From the NCBI RefSeq assembly GCF_963921235.1, contig NC_086112.1:12152001-12216000 (forward strand): 64,000 nucleotides of DNA. Reading direction: 5' to 3'. The DNA is from Mobula hypostoma (taxonomy: Eukaryota). Shown here piece by piece: positions 52,062-64,000 of this stretch (position 1 is its first letter; the number at the start of each line of letters is the position of its first letter). The notes beneath the pieces were generated by a model. It was not told the origin of the DNA and did not search any database. It saw only the letters and a list, made by a program, of their open reading frames with translations. Position numbers and translations under genes: made by a program.

Positions 52062-53105
52062 TGCTGTGGATGGAATTGTTTTTGAAACTGGAGGGCACGA
52101 TGCAGATGTTAAAAATATGTGCCACGTGGTTAATGGGGCAACTGTTGACTGCATGAAGACATCAATAGAGCAGTTAGGTGGACCAAAAATTGGCAAGTGG
52201 AATTCCAGTCCAAGTAAAGGTGCAGTGCTGGTGATTGCTGTGTTGGAAGTGAACGTCTTGCTCAAAAATGGGCCATATTGCAGGTTTCACTAATGCAAAG
52301 TCGCATCATCTGCTCTTGCCAAGAGAAACGTGTGGAAAAAGGGTCCTGGCACAAGTTTTAACTCAGACAATTCCTTTCCTCTCACACATGCTTGAGCTCG
52401 TCCAGCAGAGTGTTGCTTAAAATATGTTTGTTTATTTACCTTTACGCACATAAATTGCATGAGTGAATTTTATTCCTTAGCTTAAAATTTGGGGTAGTGA
52501 TTTGTGAATTTTGTAAAGGCAAGTTTCCATAACTTGAATGGCTTTAACTTGGGGTTTCCCAGAGAAAGTAGAATAAATGGTTGGATATGGGGAGCTTTGG
52601 GAGAATCTGGGAGTTCAGGTGCTTGAAGTAAATAGATATGAAGCACTGGAGATTCGGCGGGGTTGGGGGGAGTGGATGTCTTTAATAAGAAAGGTGAAGA
52701 GATTTTAAAAACTATGAGATCATGGCTTAACATTGTCTAACCATCAGTTGAGTAGTGCTTACAGTTTTGATCACTATTATGTAAAGTTCTAGTATTGGAA
52801 CAGGGAATGAAACTATTAACAAATATCTGCAGATGCTAGAAATCCAAGCAACACACACAAAATGCTGGCGGAACTCAGCAGGTCAGTCAGCGTCTGTGGA
52901 AAAGAGTAAACAGCCGAAATTTCAGGCCAAGACGCTTCATAAGGACAGCAAGTGTTTTGCTAGAATTAAAACATTCTATGATTGGGGACAGTGGATTGCT
53001 TTCTTTGAGTAGAGGGTGCGAAGGGAAGATTTAAAAAAGATCTAGGACTAGGTAAGACTAGCGGGAAAGGTAGGCATGGAGAGAGCCGTAATTGGTAGGT
53101 CAGAC

Positions 53106-53295
53106 CCAAAATGCTGGAGGAACTCAGCAGGCCAGGCAGCATCAATGGAAAAGATTAAACAGTCGACGTTTTGGGCCAACACCTCTCATCAGTCCTAATA
53201 AAGGGTCTTTGCCCACAACGTCAACTGGTTACTCTTTTCCATAGATGTTTCCTGGCCTGCTGAGTTCCAGCACTTTGATTTCCAGCATCTGCAAA
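53106..53295. mobile_element. Older Penelope pLTR fold-back
   Basis: caaaatgctggaggaactcagcaggccagg inverted against cctggcctgctgagttccagcactttg, with back-to-back decayed hammerhead motifs at the centre. Confidence 0.75.
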
Positions 53296-56200
53296 TCTAT
53301 TGTTTGTGATTAGGAGATCAGAAATTTGGAAATAAGGAGGTGAGGGGAGAAGCAAAAATGTGCTTGCAGTAGATATCTTTGAACCATTTGAAGTGCCTGA
53401 CCTATTCTTTGGTGTGTTTCTTCTGATGTATAACCAGGTTCTGAAAAGCTCTAAATAGCCTATTGTTAGCTGGCATGGATACCATGGATTAAAAGCTTTC
53501 CCTCTTTACTACAAATGACTGATTCCACAAATTGAGCAAATTTCCACTCTAATGTGGAAGTTAGTGTTGTAGATGCAAAGGAGAAGCTTGGCTAAAAATG
53601 AGGCTAATACTTGTTGAACACTGCAACCAGAGTGTTTATTGTCTGTCTTTGGTTTGCTGGTCCATTTCTTGGTATCACGAGGAACCCAAATGGCAGTGTT
53701 GTTATGCATACAATTTAAGAAAAAGTCTTAAAAGAATCATCAGTTTGACACTTGTGGATGAAGTAGCTGCGATTACTTTGCACTTTTGTGTTAGGTTGTG
53801 TCAAAGTGCTTAGAACTGCTGGTTGTTGAATTGTCCTTCACAATTTATTTGGACTTGTAGCAACGTGTAACCTAGAAACAACAGTAAACAGAAAAAAAAA
53901 CTTGGCATAATAGTTTCCATAAAAAGAATAGCCCTTTCTAACATACCAAACTGGAGAATTTTGAGTTGGATTGAGCACAATGTCAAAATCCCAGAATGCA
54001 TCTAGACTTTTCAGAGGAATGAGGGCCTGCTTTATTTTCCAAAATGTTGCTTATTTCAAACCATTACCTTGTTTAGACATTGAAAGTACTGGCATATCTT
54101 GAAGTTTGTCAAATAGTATTGTACTCCATATTTTTTCACAAGATTTTTTTCTCTTCAAAGTTGCAGAACAATTATAGCTTTGAATATTGGTCAGACTCTG
54201 CTGAAATCATAAGCTCTGAAGCTGCGGTAAATGTCAGATCTAGTTCATATAGTGACACAGCACAGAAACAGACCCTTCAGCCCAACCTGTCCATGCCAGC
54301 TGAGGTGCTTTCCTGTGCTAATCCCATTTGATTGCATTTGACTCGTATCCCTCTAAGCCTTTCCCATCCACGAACCTGTCCTGTCTTTTAAATGTTGTAA
54401 TTGTACCCAGCTCTGCCAGTTCATATGTCAGCTAATTCCACACTTTTTGTACCAGTGATCACATCGATCCTTAAGGAATCCTATTCTCTTCCTTTTGTTC
54501 TTGGTATTTTAATCAAATCTCTTGGGATTCTCATTTGGTCCTGTTTATGCTGTCCAGATTTTCATATCTAGTGTACTCTTTAATTTCTTATGAATGATTT
54601 TCCTGATTCCATCTGGGTACACTTGACCCGTGCCTCCTTTTTCCTGACAAGAGTGTCGATACCCCTCATCAGCCAGGGTTGTATAATCCTGTCAGCTTTG
54701 CCTTTTATTCTATCAGGAATTTGCTCTCTCCAAGCACCTTCATCTCACTTTTGAAAGTCTCCTACTTACCTACCCAATCAACCTTTGCAAGTTCCTGTGT
54801 AAGACCATCAATATAATTAACATTATTGATTATTACCTGAGTAGAGGGAAAAGGTTGAATAGGTTAGGGCTTTATTTACTGGAGCATAGGAGAATGAGGG
54901 GAGATTTGATAGAGGTATACAAAATTGAGGGTTATAGATAGGGTAAATATATGCAAGCTTTTTCCACTGAGATTTGGTGAGACAAGAACTAGAATTAGAA
55001 TCAGGTTTATTATCACCGGTATATGTCACGCAATTTGTTAACTTAGCAGCAGCAGTTCAATGCAATACATAATATAGAATAATAATAAGTAAATCAATTG
55101 CAGTATATATTGAATAGATTAAAAATTCATGCAAAAAACTGAAATATAGTAAAAAAAGTGAGGTAGTGTTCATGGGTTCAATGTCCATTTAGGAATCGGA
55201 TGGCAGAGGGGAAGAAGCTGTTCCTGAATTGCTGAGTGTGTGTCTTCAGGCTTCCATACCTCCTACCTAATGGTCATAAGTTAAAAATAAGAGTTGAAAC
55301 GTTTAAGGGGAACGTGAGGGAGAACTACTTAACTCAGGGTGGTGCAAGTGTCGAACGAGCTACCAACAGAACTGGTGGATGTGGGTTCAACTTCAACATT
55401 TAAAAGAAGTTTGGATAAGTACATGGACAGGAGGGGTATGGAGGACTATGGTCTCGGTGTGGGTCAATGGGATTAGGCAGAATAATAGTTTGGCATGGAT
55501 TAGATGGAGCCAAAGGGCATGTTTCTGTTCTGTAGTGCTCTCTGACTCTATAGTCCCATTGTCTTCCCCTACTAACACTTCATCCACTTACCCAGCCTCT
55601 TTCCCAAGAGGAGATTGAGAGTTCTCATCTACATATTGTTTAAGAAATCTTCCCAGAGCATGTCTAATCCCTTTAGCTCTGTGGCAGGTCTAGTTAATGT
55701 TGGGAAAGTTAAACTCAGTCATGTTACAACCGCATTATTGCTAGAGCCATCTGCGATTTCTCTACATGTTTGCTTCACTGACTATTGGGGGGTCTTTGGG
55801 GGATCACCCCCTTCTTATTCCAAGTTCTACCGATATAGCCTCATTGGATTTTCTTCATATTATCCTTTGTCAGTGGTGTCTAGCTGAGTACCACAACCAA
55901 TATAGTACATTGTAAGTGAGAAAGACAACAGAAGTATCTGGGATTCAATCACAGACTCCCCATCACGGGCACAGCTTCAAGAGGCAATGCCTCTGGCAGA
56001 GTGGAGTGACAAAACAACCTCTTGCTCAAAGTCAGCAAGGCCAAGGAATTGATTATTGACTTCAAGAGAAGGAAATTGGTCCATAAGCCAGTTGTCATCA
56101 GAGGGTCAAAGGTGGAGAGAGTCTGTTACCGTTTCAGAAGTCTTGGGCCAGTAAGTAAATGCAATTATGAAGAAAGTACAGCAGCATCTCTGCTTATGAA

Positions 56201-56569
56201 GATCCAGCATGACATCTACAAGTTTGACAAACTTCTATACATGTGTGGTGGAGAGTATATTGACTGGTTGCATCAGCCTGGCTTGAAAGCACCAATGCCT
56301 TTGAACAGAAAATCCTACAAAACGTAAGAGATATGGCCCAGTCCATAATGGGTAAAGCCCTCTCCACAGATCTACACAGAGGGTTGTCAGAGTAAAACAA
56401 TATCCATCATCAGGGACCCTCACCAACCAGGTCATTCTCCCTTCTCGCTGCTGCCGTCAGAAAGAAGGTACAGGAACCTCAAGACTCTCACCACCAAATT
56501 CAGGAACTGTCATTACCCCTCAATCATCAGACTCTTGAATCAAAAGGCATATTCAAAGATAGCCCGTAA

Positions 56570-58290
56570 GATATAGGAGCATATTTATGCAATTTGACCC
56601 ATCAGGTCTGCTCTGCCATATCATTATAGGTGATCCATTTTCCTCTCAGCCCAAATCTCCTGCTCTCTCCCCATAACCTTTCATGCCCTGACTAATAAAG
56701 AACCTATCAACCTCTGCCTTGTATACCCACTGACTTGGTCTCCACAGCCACCTGTGGCAATGAACTTCCACATTCACCACTCTCTGGCTAAAGAAATTCC
56801 TTCTTGTCTCCTTTCTAATGGGTGTCTCTTTATTCTGAGGCTGTGCCATCTGGTCCTTGACTCCCCCACCCCCCCACCGTAGGAAGCATGCTATCCACAT
56901 CCACTCTATCAAGGCCTTTCGGTATTTGATACGTTTCAGTGAGATCCCCCGCATTTTTCTGAATTTTTGTGAGTACAGGCTGAGAACCGTCAATTGGTCC
57001 TCATCCAGTAATCCTTTCATTCCCAGAATCATTCTCGTGAACCTTCTCTGAGCTCTCTCCAATGTAAGCATACCCTTTCTTGATTCTAAACTGCTCACAA
57101 TACTCCAAGTGAGTCTTTAACAGTGCCTTATAAAGTTTCAATATTACATTCTTGCTTTTATATTCTAGTCCTAATGTTGCATTTGCCTTCCTGACCACCA
57201 ACTCAGCCTGTAAAATAACTTTTAGGGAATCCTGCAAGAGGACTCCCAAATCCTTTTGCTGCTGATTTTTGAATTTTCTCCCCATTTAGAAAATAGTCTA
57301 TGCTTTTATTTCTTCTACCAATGTACGTGACCAGACACTTCCCAAAACTGTATTCCATCTGCCACTTCTTCGCCCATTCTCCTGATCTGTCCAAGAAAGT
57401 CTGCAGCCTCAACACTACCTGCCCCTCTACTTATCTTCATATCGTCCGCAAGCTTGGTTACAAAGCCATCAATTCCGTCATCCAAATCATTAATATATAA
57501 CAAAAAAAAGAAGTGGTCTCAACACAGACCCCTGTAGAACACCACTAGTCATCAGCAGCCAACCAGAAAAGGCTCCCTTTATTCCCGCTCTTTGCCTCCT
57601 GCCAATCAGCCAATGCTCTGTCCATGCTAATGTCTTTCCTGTAGTACCATAGGCTCTTGTTCAGCAGCTTCATGTGTGGCATTGCTGAAAAGGCCTTTTG
57701 AAAATCTCAGGGCACAAATTCATCAATTCTCCTTTGTCTGTCCTGCTTGTTACTTCAAACAATTCCAACAGATTTGCCAGGCAAGATTTACCCTTAAGAA
57801 AACCATGTTGCCTACAGCCTATTTTATCATGTACCTCCAAGTACCCCAAAACCACATCCTTAACTATTGACTTCAACATCTTCCCAACCACTGAGGTCAG
57901 ACTAACTGGTCTATAATTTCCTTTCTTGTGCCTCTCTCCCCTCTTGAAGAGTGGAGTGACATTTGCAACTTGCCAGTCCTCCAGAGCCATGCCAGAATGT
58001 ATTAATTCTTGGAAGATCATTTACCAATACCTCCACAGTTTCTTCAGCCATCACATTCAGAACCCTAGGGTGTACAACATCTGATTCAGGTGATTTATCT
58101 ATCTTCAGAGCTTTCAGTTTCACAAGCACCTTCTCCCTAGTGATGGCAACTGACACTTTCGAACTTCTAGCACACTGCTAGTGTCTTCCACAGTGAAGAG
58201 TAATGCAAAATACTTAGTCGGTTCATCTGCCATTTCCTTGTCTTCCATAACTACCTCTCCGGCATCATTTTCCAGCAGTCCAGTAGCTAC
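56570..58290 (-). mobile_element. CR1 LINE, decayed ORF2
   Basis: WQVANVTPLFKRG..KGNYRPVSLTSVVGKML...QHGFLKGKSCL; YINDLD...KLADD; LERAQRRFTRMI. Confidence 0.92.
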
Positions 58291-60351
58291 TCTTGATATC
58301 TTAACTGTTCCTAAGACCTATGGATAACTTCCAAGAACTCCATCTCATGTTCTCAATATTTATTTATTGTTTATTATTATTATTTTTCTTTTCTGTGTTT
58401 GCACAGTTTGTCTTTTGCATATTGGTTGTCCATCACTAGGGACGCTCACCACTTAGCACATGCCCTCTTCTCATTTGTACCACCGGGAGCCTGTGAAGAC
58501 CTGCACTCAGTGACTTAGAAACAGCTTCTTTCTCTTCGCCATTAGATTTACAAACGTCCATGAACTTTTCATTCCTTTTTTGCTCTGTTTGTTTTATGTA
58601 GTAATTTCATGTCTTTGCATTGTACTGCCACTGCAAAACAGCATATTTCATGTCATGTCATATCACGTCAGTGATAATAAACCTGATTCTGGTTAAGGTT
58701 TTAACTTAAGTACATGCATGGAGAAACATTTGGCCCCCTGCTGTCTCTCACACATCCCCACCATAGATTCTGCCTGACTTGCTGAATTCCTCCAGCATTT
58801 TTTGTGCGTTGCTCAAAATTTCTGGCATTTGCAGGATCTTTTATGTTTCCACTGTAATATCCGCTGTCCTGCTGAAAAGAGGTGAAGGCCTGCATTTGAC
58901 ATATCTTTATCACAAATGCTTCCAATCTTGGCATTTACATTCTTGTAAAAGTATTCATCTGCTTCTTGTCTTCACCCACCATCCATCACAGATTTATCAG
59001 CCATCTATTTTGTAGCCCTTTATCTCCTCTTCATTATTTTTACTTTCCAGAGTTTAATCAGCTTTAAAAGGAGAGTTTAGCTTTATATGTCATGCGCACT
59101 CCAAAACACATAGTGAAATGTGTCATTTGTATCAAATCAAATCAAATCAGTGAGGTTTATGCTTGCAGCCCACAATTGTTGCCACACTTCTGCCAACATA
59201 CATGCTGACCCTAACATATATGCCTTTTGGAATGTGGGGGGAAACGGGAGAAGTTGGAGGAAACCCATGCGGTCACGGGGAGAACATACAAGCTCCTTAC
59301 ATACAGTGGCAGAAATTGAAATCCTGATCTCGTAGCTGGCACAGTGTAACCACTACACTATTGCACAACATTAATATCTAATGTTCTTCACATTGTGATT
59401 CATTCTTGACCATAATTTCTGTTCACTCTATTGGTAAATATTATCAGGCAGTTTTAACTGTTTTCTTTGTATTTTGTACAAGCTGCTGATGCATTTCATG
59501 ATACTTCAGGGTGAGGATCCAATTGGTAGATGTTTAATATCTCTCTTCATGGAACACTTGGGTAAATCGCCTGCATTACCAGTGGTTGGAATTGTTTTGC
59601 ACTTTTGCTCTGCTGTTGTTAAAGATGGGCATGAACTTGGAGCTGCTGGCCATTTTGAGTTGTCTAGCACAATGTAACCGGGAAACGGGAAGAATACAGG
59701 TATTAAAGTTCCCAGAGAAGGCCAATTCTAACTTTCTGATTTGTAGAAACAGACCCCTTCTATGTTAAATGACTTTCGCCCTTAGAATTTGCCTTGTATC
59801 AGTGTGGAGCTTATCGTTTATTGCATTGTGACAACAGAAAGTCAAAGTACTTAACTGTACATCATTACAAATTGACGGCAATCAGTCATATCTGACATGC
59901 CTTTTAGCGTAAGCATTCAAGTCTGCCCTCCAAAATTATTTGTCGCTAACACTGCTACCCCATCCATTAACATTAAGTCATAGTACTCGCCTTCCAAAGA
60001 GTGCCCAAACTTGTGTTTGCATAAGTAAAAAAACTACTGATGATAAAAAAGTTAATGTGAATAATTTATTAAGCATTGTCCTGCTGGAATTTCAGTTTTG
60101 CATATTTCCCACAATCCCCATGTATTTTTAAACTCTTCTGAAAACATCAAGACATGCATCATGTCTTGGCCAACAAATGTTGGTTGGATTGGTTCTTGGC
60201 TTCGTTGGATTGTTAGTATCTTCTGATGTCCCAAGAGAACAAAATAACGCCACCACAGAGTTGTACAGTATAGAAATGAGCCCTTCAGCCAATTCCATGC
60301 TGGCCTCGGTCCCTTCAGAGTTAGTCCCATTTGGCCTATATTCCTCTAAAT

Positions 60352-60432
60352 CAGGAGTTCCCAACCATTTTTTATGGCATGGTCCCCTACCATTAACCAG
60401 TGGGTCCGTGGATCGCAAGTTGAGAACCCCTG
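60352..60432. mobile_element. ~80-bp hAT-Charlie-like MITE
   Basis: TIRs CAGGAGTTCCCAA and TTGAGAACCCCTG. Confidence 0.65.
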
Positions 60433-60489
60433 CCACAACCTTCCTTATTTATGAACAGATCTAAAGTTTTTTTGAACATTGTAATTATG

Positions 60490-62622
60490 CAAAACATGTC
60501 CAGGTGCAAACTGTAATAGTGACCATAACCCAGAAATATGTCATGTAAAAGTAAAACTTTAAAAAACTAAAGAAGCAAAAACCTGAACAATCCCTTGACT
60601 ACTCACAATTAATTAAAGAAGAACACTTAAGACAAAAATTTACAATTGAAGTAAGGAATAGATTTCAAAGTCTAGAAATAGAATCTGTTGAAGATGATAG
60701 CAATCATGTAGAAGTGAAGTTTAACTCTCTGAGGGATGCCTTGGTAGAATCAAGTCAGTGATTCCTAAAAAAGAAAAAAGCACAAAGAATAAATGGATGA
60801 CAGATGAAATCAAAAATCTAATGGAAGAAAGGAGACTGAAGAAAGCAAATCCTATGGAATATAAGTCCTTAGATAAAAAAGTTGAAAGCTTATGTCAAAA
60901 AGCCAAAGAGGAATGGTTAAACAGGAACGTGAGCAACTAGGAAGAATCCCTATTACCGATCCAAAAAGGGTACATCAACAAATCAAGAATATCACTGGTA
61001 AAAAGCTCCTCTGTTCTTCAGGTGGATGTTTGAAAGCAAAGGACGGTACCATTATGAGATTATGAACAGATCGACTGAGTTTATTCAGGAATTGTTTGAA
61101 GACAATCGAGGCAAAAAACCAGAAATTAAGAACATTGAAGGTCCAAGTATTTTAAAATCTGAAGCTCGTAATGCAATAAGTAAGATGAAGAAAGGAAAGG
61201 CAGCAGGTCCTGATGAATTAATAATAGAACAAATTATCGCCCTTGAAGATTATAGAATTGAAAAACTTACTGATTTAATCAATGACATTTATGAGACTGG
61301 AATAATACCAGAAGAGATGAAAAAAAATCAGTATTTATCACTCTTCCTAAGAAACCTGGAGCAATAGAATGTGAATTACATAGAGCCATAAGTCATATCA
61401 CTAAGATACTTCTAAGAATTTTGACGACAAGAGCTAAAAGTAAGATACAAGCTGAAATAGGTAAAGAACAATGTGGTTTTGTGAAAGACAAAGGTACAAG
61501 AAATGCAATATTGATGTTAAGGATACTATCAGAACGAGCTATTCAAGTACAAAAAGATTGTTTTATCGACTACACAAAAGCATTTGATAAAGTGAAGCAC
61601 AATAAGTTATTTGAAATATTACAGGAAACTGTAGATCAAGATTCGAAAGACCTCCGCCTAATCAGAATTCTGTACTGGGAACAAACTGCCGCTTTAAGAA
61701 TAGATGGAGAAGTGAGTCAGTTTACGAAAATCAAGAGAGGCGTTAGACAAGGGTGTGTTTTCTCACCTGACTTGTTTAATATATACAGTGAAACAATACT
61801 ACAAAAAATAAGAGACATCTTGGGAATCAAAGTTGGCGGTGAAAACATCAATAATTTCAGATATACGGATGACACTGTTGTTAATTGCAAGTACAGAGGA
61901 AGAACTACAAAGCTTAATTGATATAGTTGTTGAAGAAAGTGCAAAAATGGGTCTAACTATCAATCACAAAAAGGTAATGTATGGTGATATCCAAAAAGAA
62001 GGAGAATCCTATCTGCAGGCTGAGAATAAACGGGGAACACATAAAACAAGTACAGAACTTTTGCTACTTAGGAAGCTGGGTGACAATCAGATGGCAGGTG
62101 CGACATGGACATCAAAAGAAGAATAGGGATGGCAAAAGACACCTTTACGAGAATGAAGAGTATACTGACCAACACTAAACTAGGCATGGCAACTTGCCTC
62201 AGAGTACTGAAATGTTACGTTTATCCAGTTATGTTATATGGATCAGAATGCTGGACAATATCTTGTAACATGAGGAAACGAATTGAAGCAGCAGAGATGT
62301 GGTTTTTGAGGAGGATGCAAAGAATATCATGGACGAAATGAATATCTAATGAGGATGTCATGAACAGAGCAAGCACAAAAAGAGAAATAATGTATGAGAT
62401 CATGAAAAGGCAACGTGACTGCATTGGACGTGATTAGGAAAGAGGAGTTAGAATGCACAGTAATTATGGGAAAGATTGAAGGGAAGAAAGCAAAAGGAAG
62501 ACAAAGACAAATGATGATGGAGACAGCAGTCAGAGAACTGGAAATGAATACCAATGAAGTGATCCACTTGACCCAAAACGGGAGTGTGTGGGCCATGGCA
62601 GTCAAAACTCAATCTGGGCATG
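60490..62622 (+). mobile_element. RTE-clade LINE, 5'-truncated and frameshifted, inserted in a CR1 3' end
   Basis: KAAGPD, EQCGFVKDKGTRNAI, CFIDYTKAFDKV, RGVRQGCVFSPDLFNIYSE, NNFRYTDD, DIKRRIGMAK, LYGSECWT, GKIEGKKAKGRQR. Confidence 0.9.
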
Positions 62623-63474
62623 GCTGCCACCCCCTCTGTGAAAAATCTTGCCCCTAGGATACTCTATAAATCTTTCCCCTCTCACTTTAACTTGTGCTCT
62701 CTAGTTTTAGAATCCACTAAGCTGGGGGGGGGGGGGAATTGACAATACACCTTATTTAAGGTACCTTATGATTTTATAAACATCTCTACGGTCACCCTTG
62801 GCCTCCATTGCTCTAAGAAAAATGGTGCCCATCTGGCATCTTCTAAAACTCAAGACCTCCAATCTCAGCAACATACTTGTGAACGCTCAGTTTTGTTAAC
62901 CTTATTGGCATGTTTCCTACAGAAGATCAACCAGAACTGCACACCGTATTCCAGGTGCTGGCCTGCCAACATCATCTACAACTATAATGTTACATCCCAA
63001 TTCTTGATCTCAGTGCCCTGTCTGACGAAGGCAAGCATGCCAGATGCCTCCTTCACCATCTTGTCCCTACTATCAGGGTACTAGTACTTGTCAGGTTCTA
63101 GTACGAGGTCTATCTGTTTTACAACACTCCCCAGAGTCCTGTTACTCACTGTCTCAACTGCTCTGGTTTAACTTCACAAGATGTGTCACTTCACTTCTCA
63201 CTTGTCTGTGCTAAGTTTCATAGTGATCAGGCTTCCTATATAACTTGAGGGAAGTTCGTAGCTTGTGATTACTTTAGTCCAGTTGGGGCTATAATCCACA
63301 GCAGAATACAGACAAATCGTGAATTGAGGAGGGAGTTGGTGGGCGGGTGTGCAGACAAGAGATATTGGCTGGGGGGGCAAGTGGAACCAGAAGAGGGAGG
63401 AAGTAGAGACAAGAAGGCAAATGCAATGGCTAGCATTCATTTCAAGAGAACTAGAATACAAAAGCAAGGATGTA

Positions 63475-64000
63475 AGCTAGCCAATAATATTAAAGAGGAT
63501 ACCAAGAGTTTCTTCAGATACTTAAAGTGTGAAAGAGAGATGAGGGTGGATATTGGACCATTAGAAAACGATGCTGGCGAGATAGTAATGAGGGACAAAG
63601 TATTTTGCATCAATCTTCACTGTTGAAGACACTAGTAGTTTGGTGGAAATTCCAGAGTGTCAGAGGTCTGAAGTGTGTGCAATTGATATTATTAGGAAGA
63701 AATGCCTGAAGGTAAATAAATCACCAGGACCAGATGGTGTGTACCCCAGGGTTCTGAAAGAGGTGGCTGAGGTATTAGTAATGAATTTTCAAGAATCGCT
63801 GGATTCTGAAATGGTTCTGGAAGACCGGAAAATTGCAAATATCACTCCACTCTTCAAGACGGGAGAGAGGCAGAAGAAAGGAAATTATAGGCCAGTTAGT
63901 CTGACCTCAGTGGTTGGGAAGATGTTGAAATCGATTGTTAAGGATGTGGCTTTGGAGTACTTGGAGGCACATGATAAAATACATCATAGTCAGCATGGTT
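63475..64000 (+). mobile_element. CR1 LINE ORF2 fragment running off the window edge
   Basis: IKEDTKSFFRY...IGPL, KSPGPDG, WKIAN-like TPLFK, NYRPVSLTSVVGKML. Confidence 0.85.

Noticed and set aside
53590-53716. Possible H/ACA RNA (two weak hairpins, ACA followed by 3 nt)
   Set aside because: No ANANNA H box in the hinge and no resemblance to SCARNA18.
41030-64000. TMEM167A exon 2 and the intronic SCARNA18
   Set aside because: No SAIFNFQSLL...ICTCAY segment was seen by eye. The FQSL-like word near 59045 does not continue. Both are probably beyond the right edge.

Overview
Vertebrate genomic DNA: AT-rich, CpG-depleted and heavily repeat-derived. The repeat set (CR1/HER1-type LINEs, V-SINE/HE1-type SINEs, Rex1/Babar, Penelope) points to a cartilaginous fish, probably a ray; this is an inference. 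The minus strand carries the 5' end of XRCC4: coding exons at 3415-3553 and 1542-1729, and a likely first exon about 37 kb upstream near 40.6 kb. A CpG island at about 40.3-41.2 kb looks like the bidirectional promoter that XRCC4 shares head-to-head with TMEM167A. The ATG-only first coding exon of TMEM167A is probably at 41026-41028; its exon 2 was not found. The rest is intron filled with nested mobile elements: a decayed CsRN1-type Gypsy and a solo LTR, an IR/DR Tc1, a Tigger4/Zombi-like element, mariner and hAT MITEs, a 5'-inverted L1, an RTE, and many CR1, Rex, SINE and Penelope pieces. Most notable signals: (1) young Penelope-derived mini-insertions with 10-13 bp TSDs that carry minimal hammerhead ribozymes, including fold-back units with a ribozyme motif on each strand; (2) a phased seven-unit CCAAT repeat in the shared promoter; (3) a mammalian Tigger4-like transposon, a possible horizontal transfer. 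Repeat-family names are from recall of consensus features, not from database searches.
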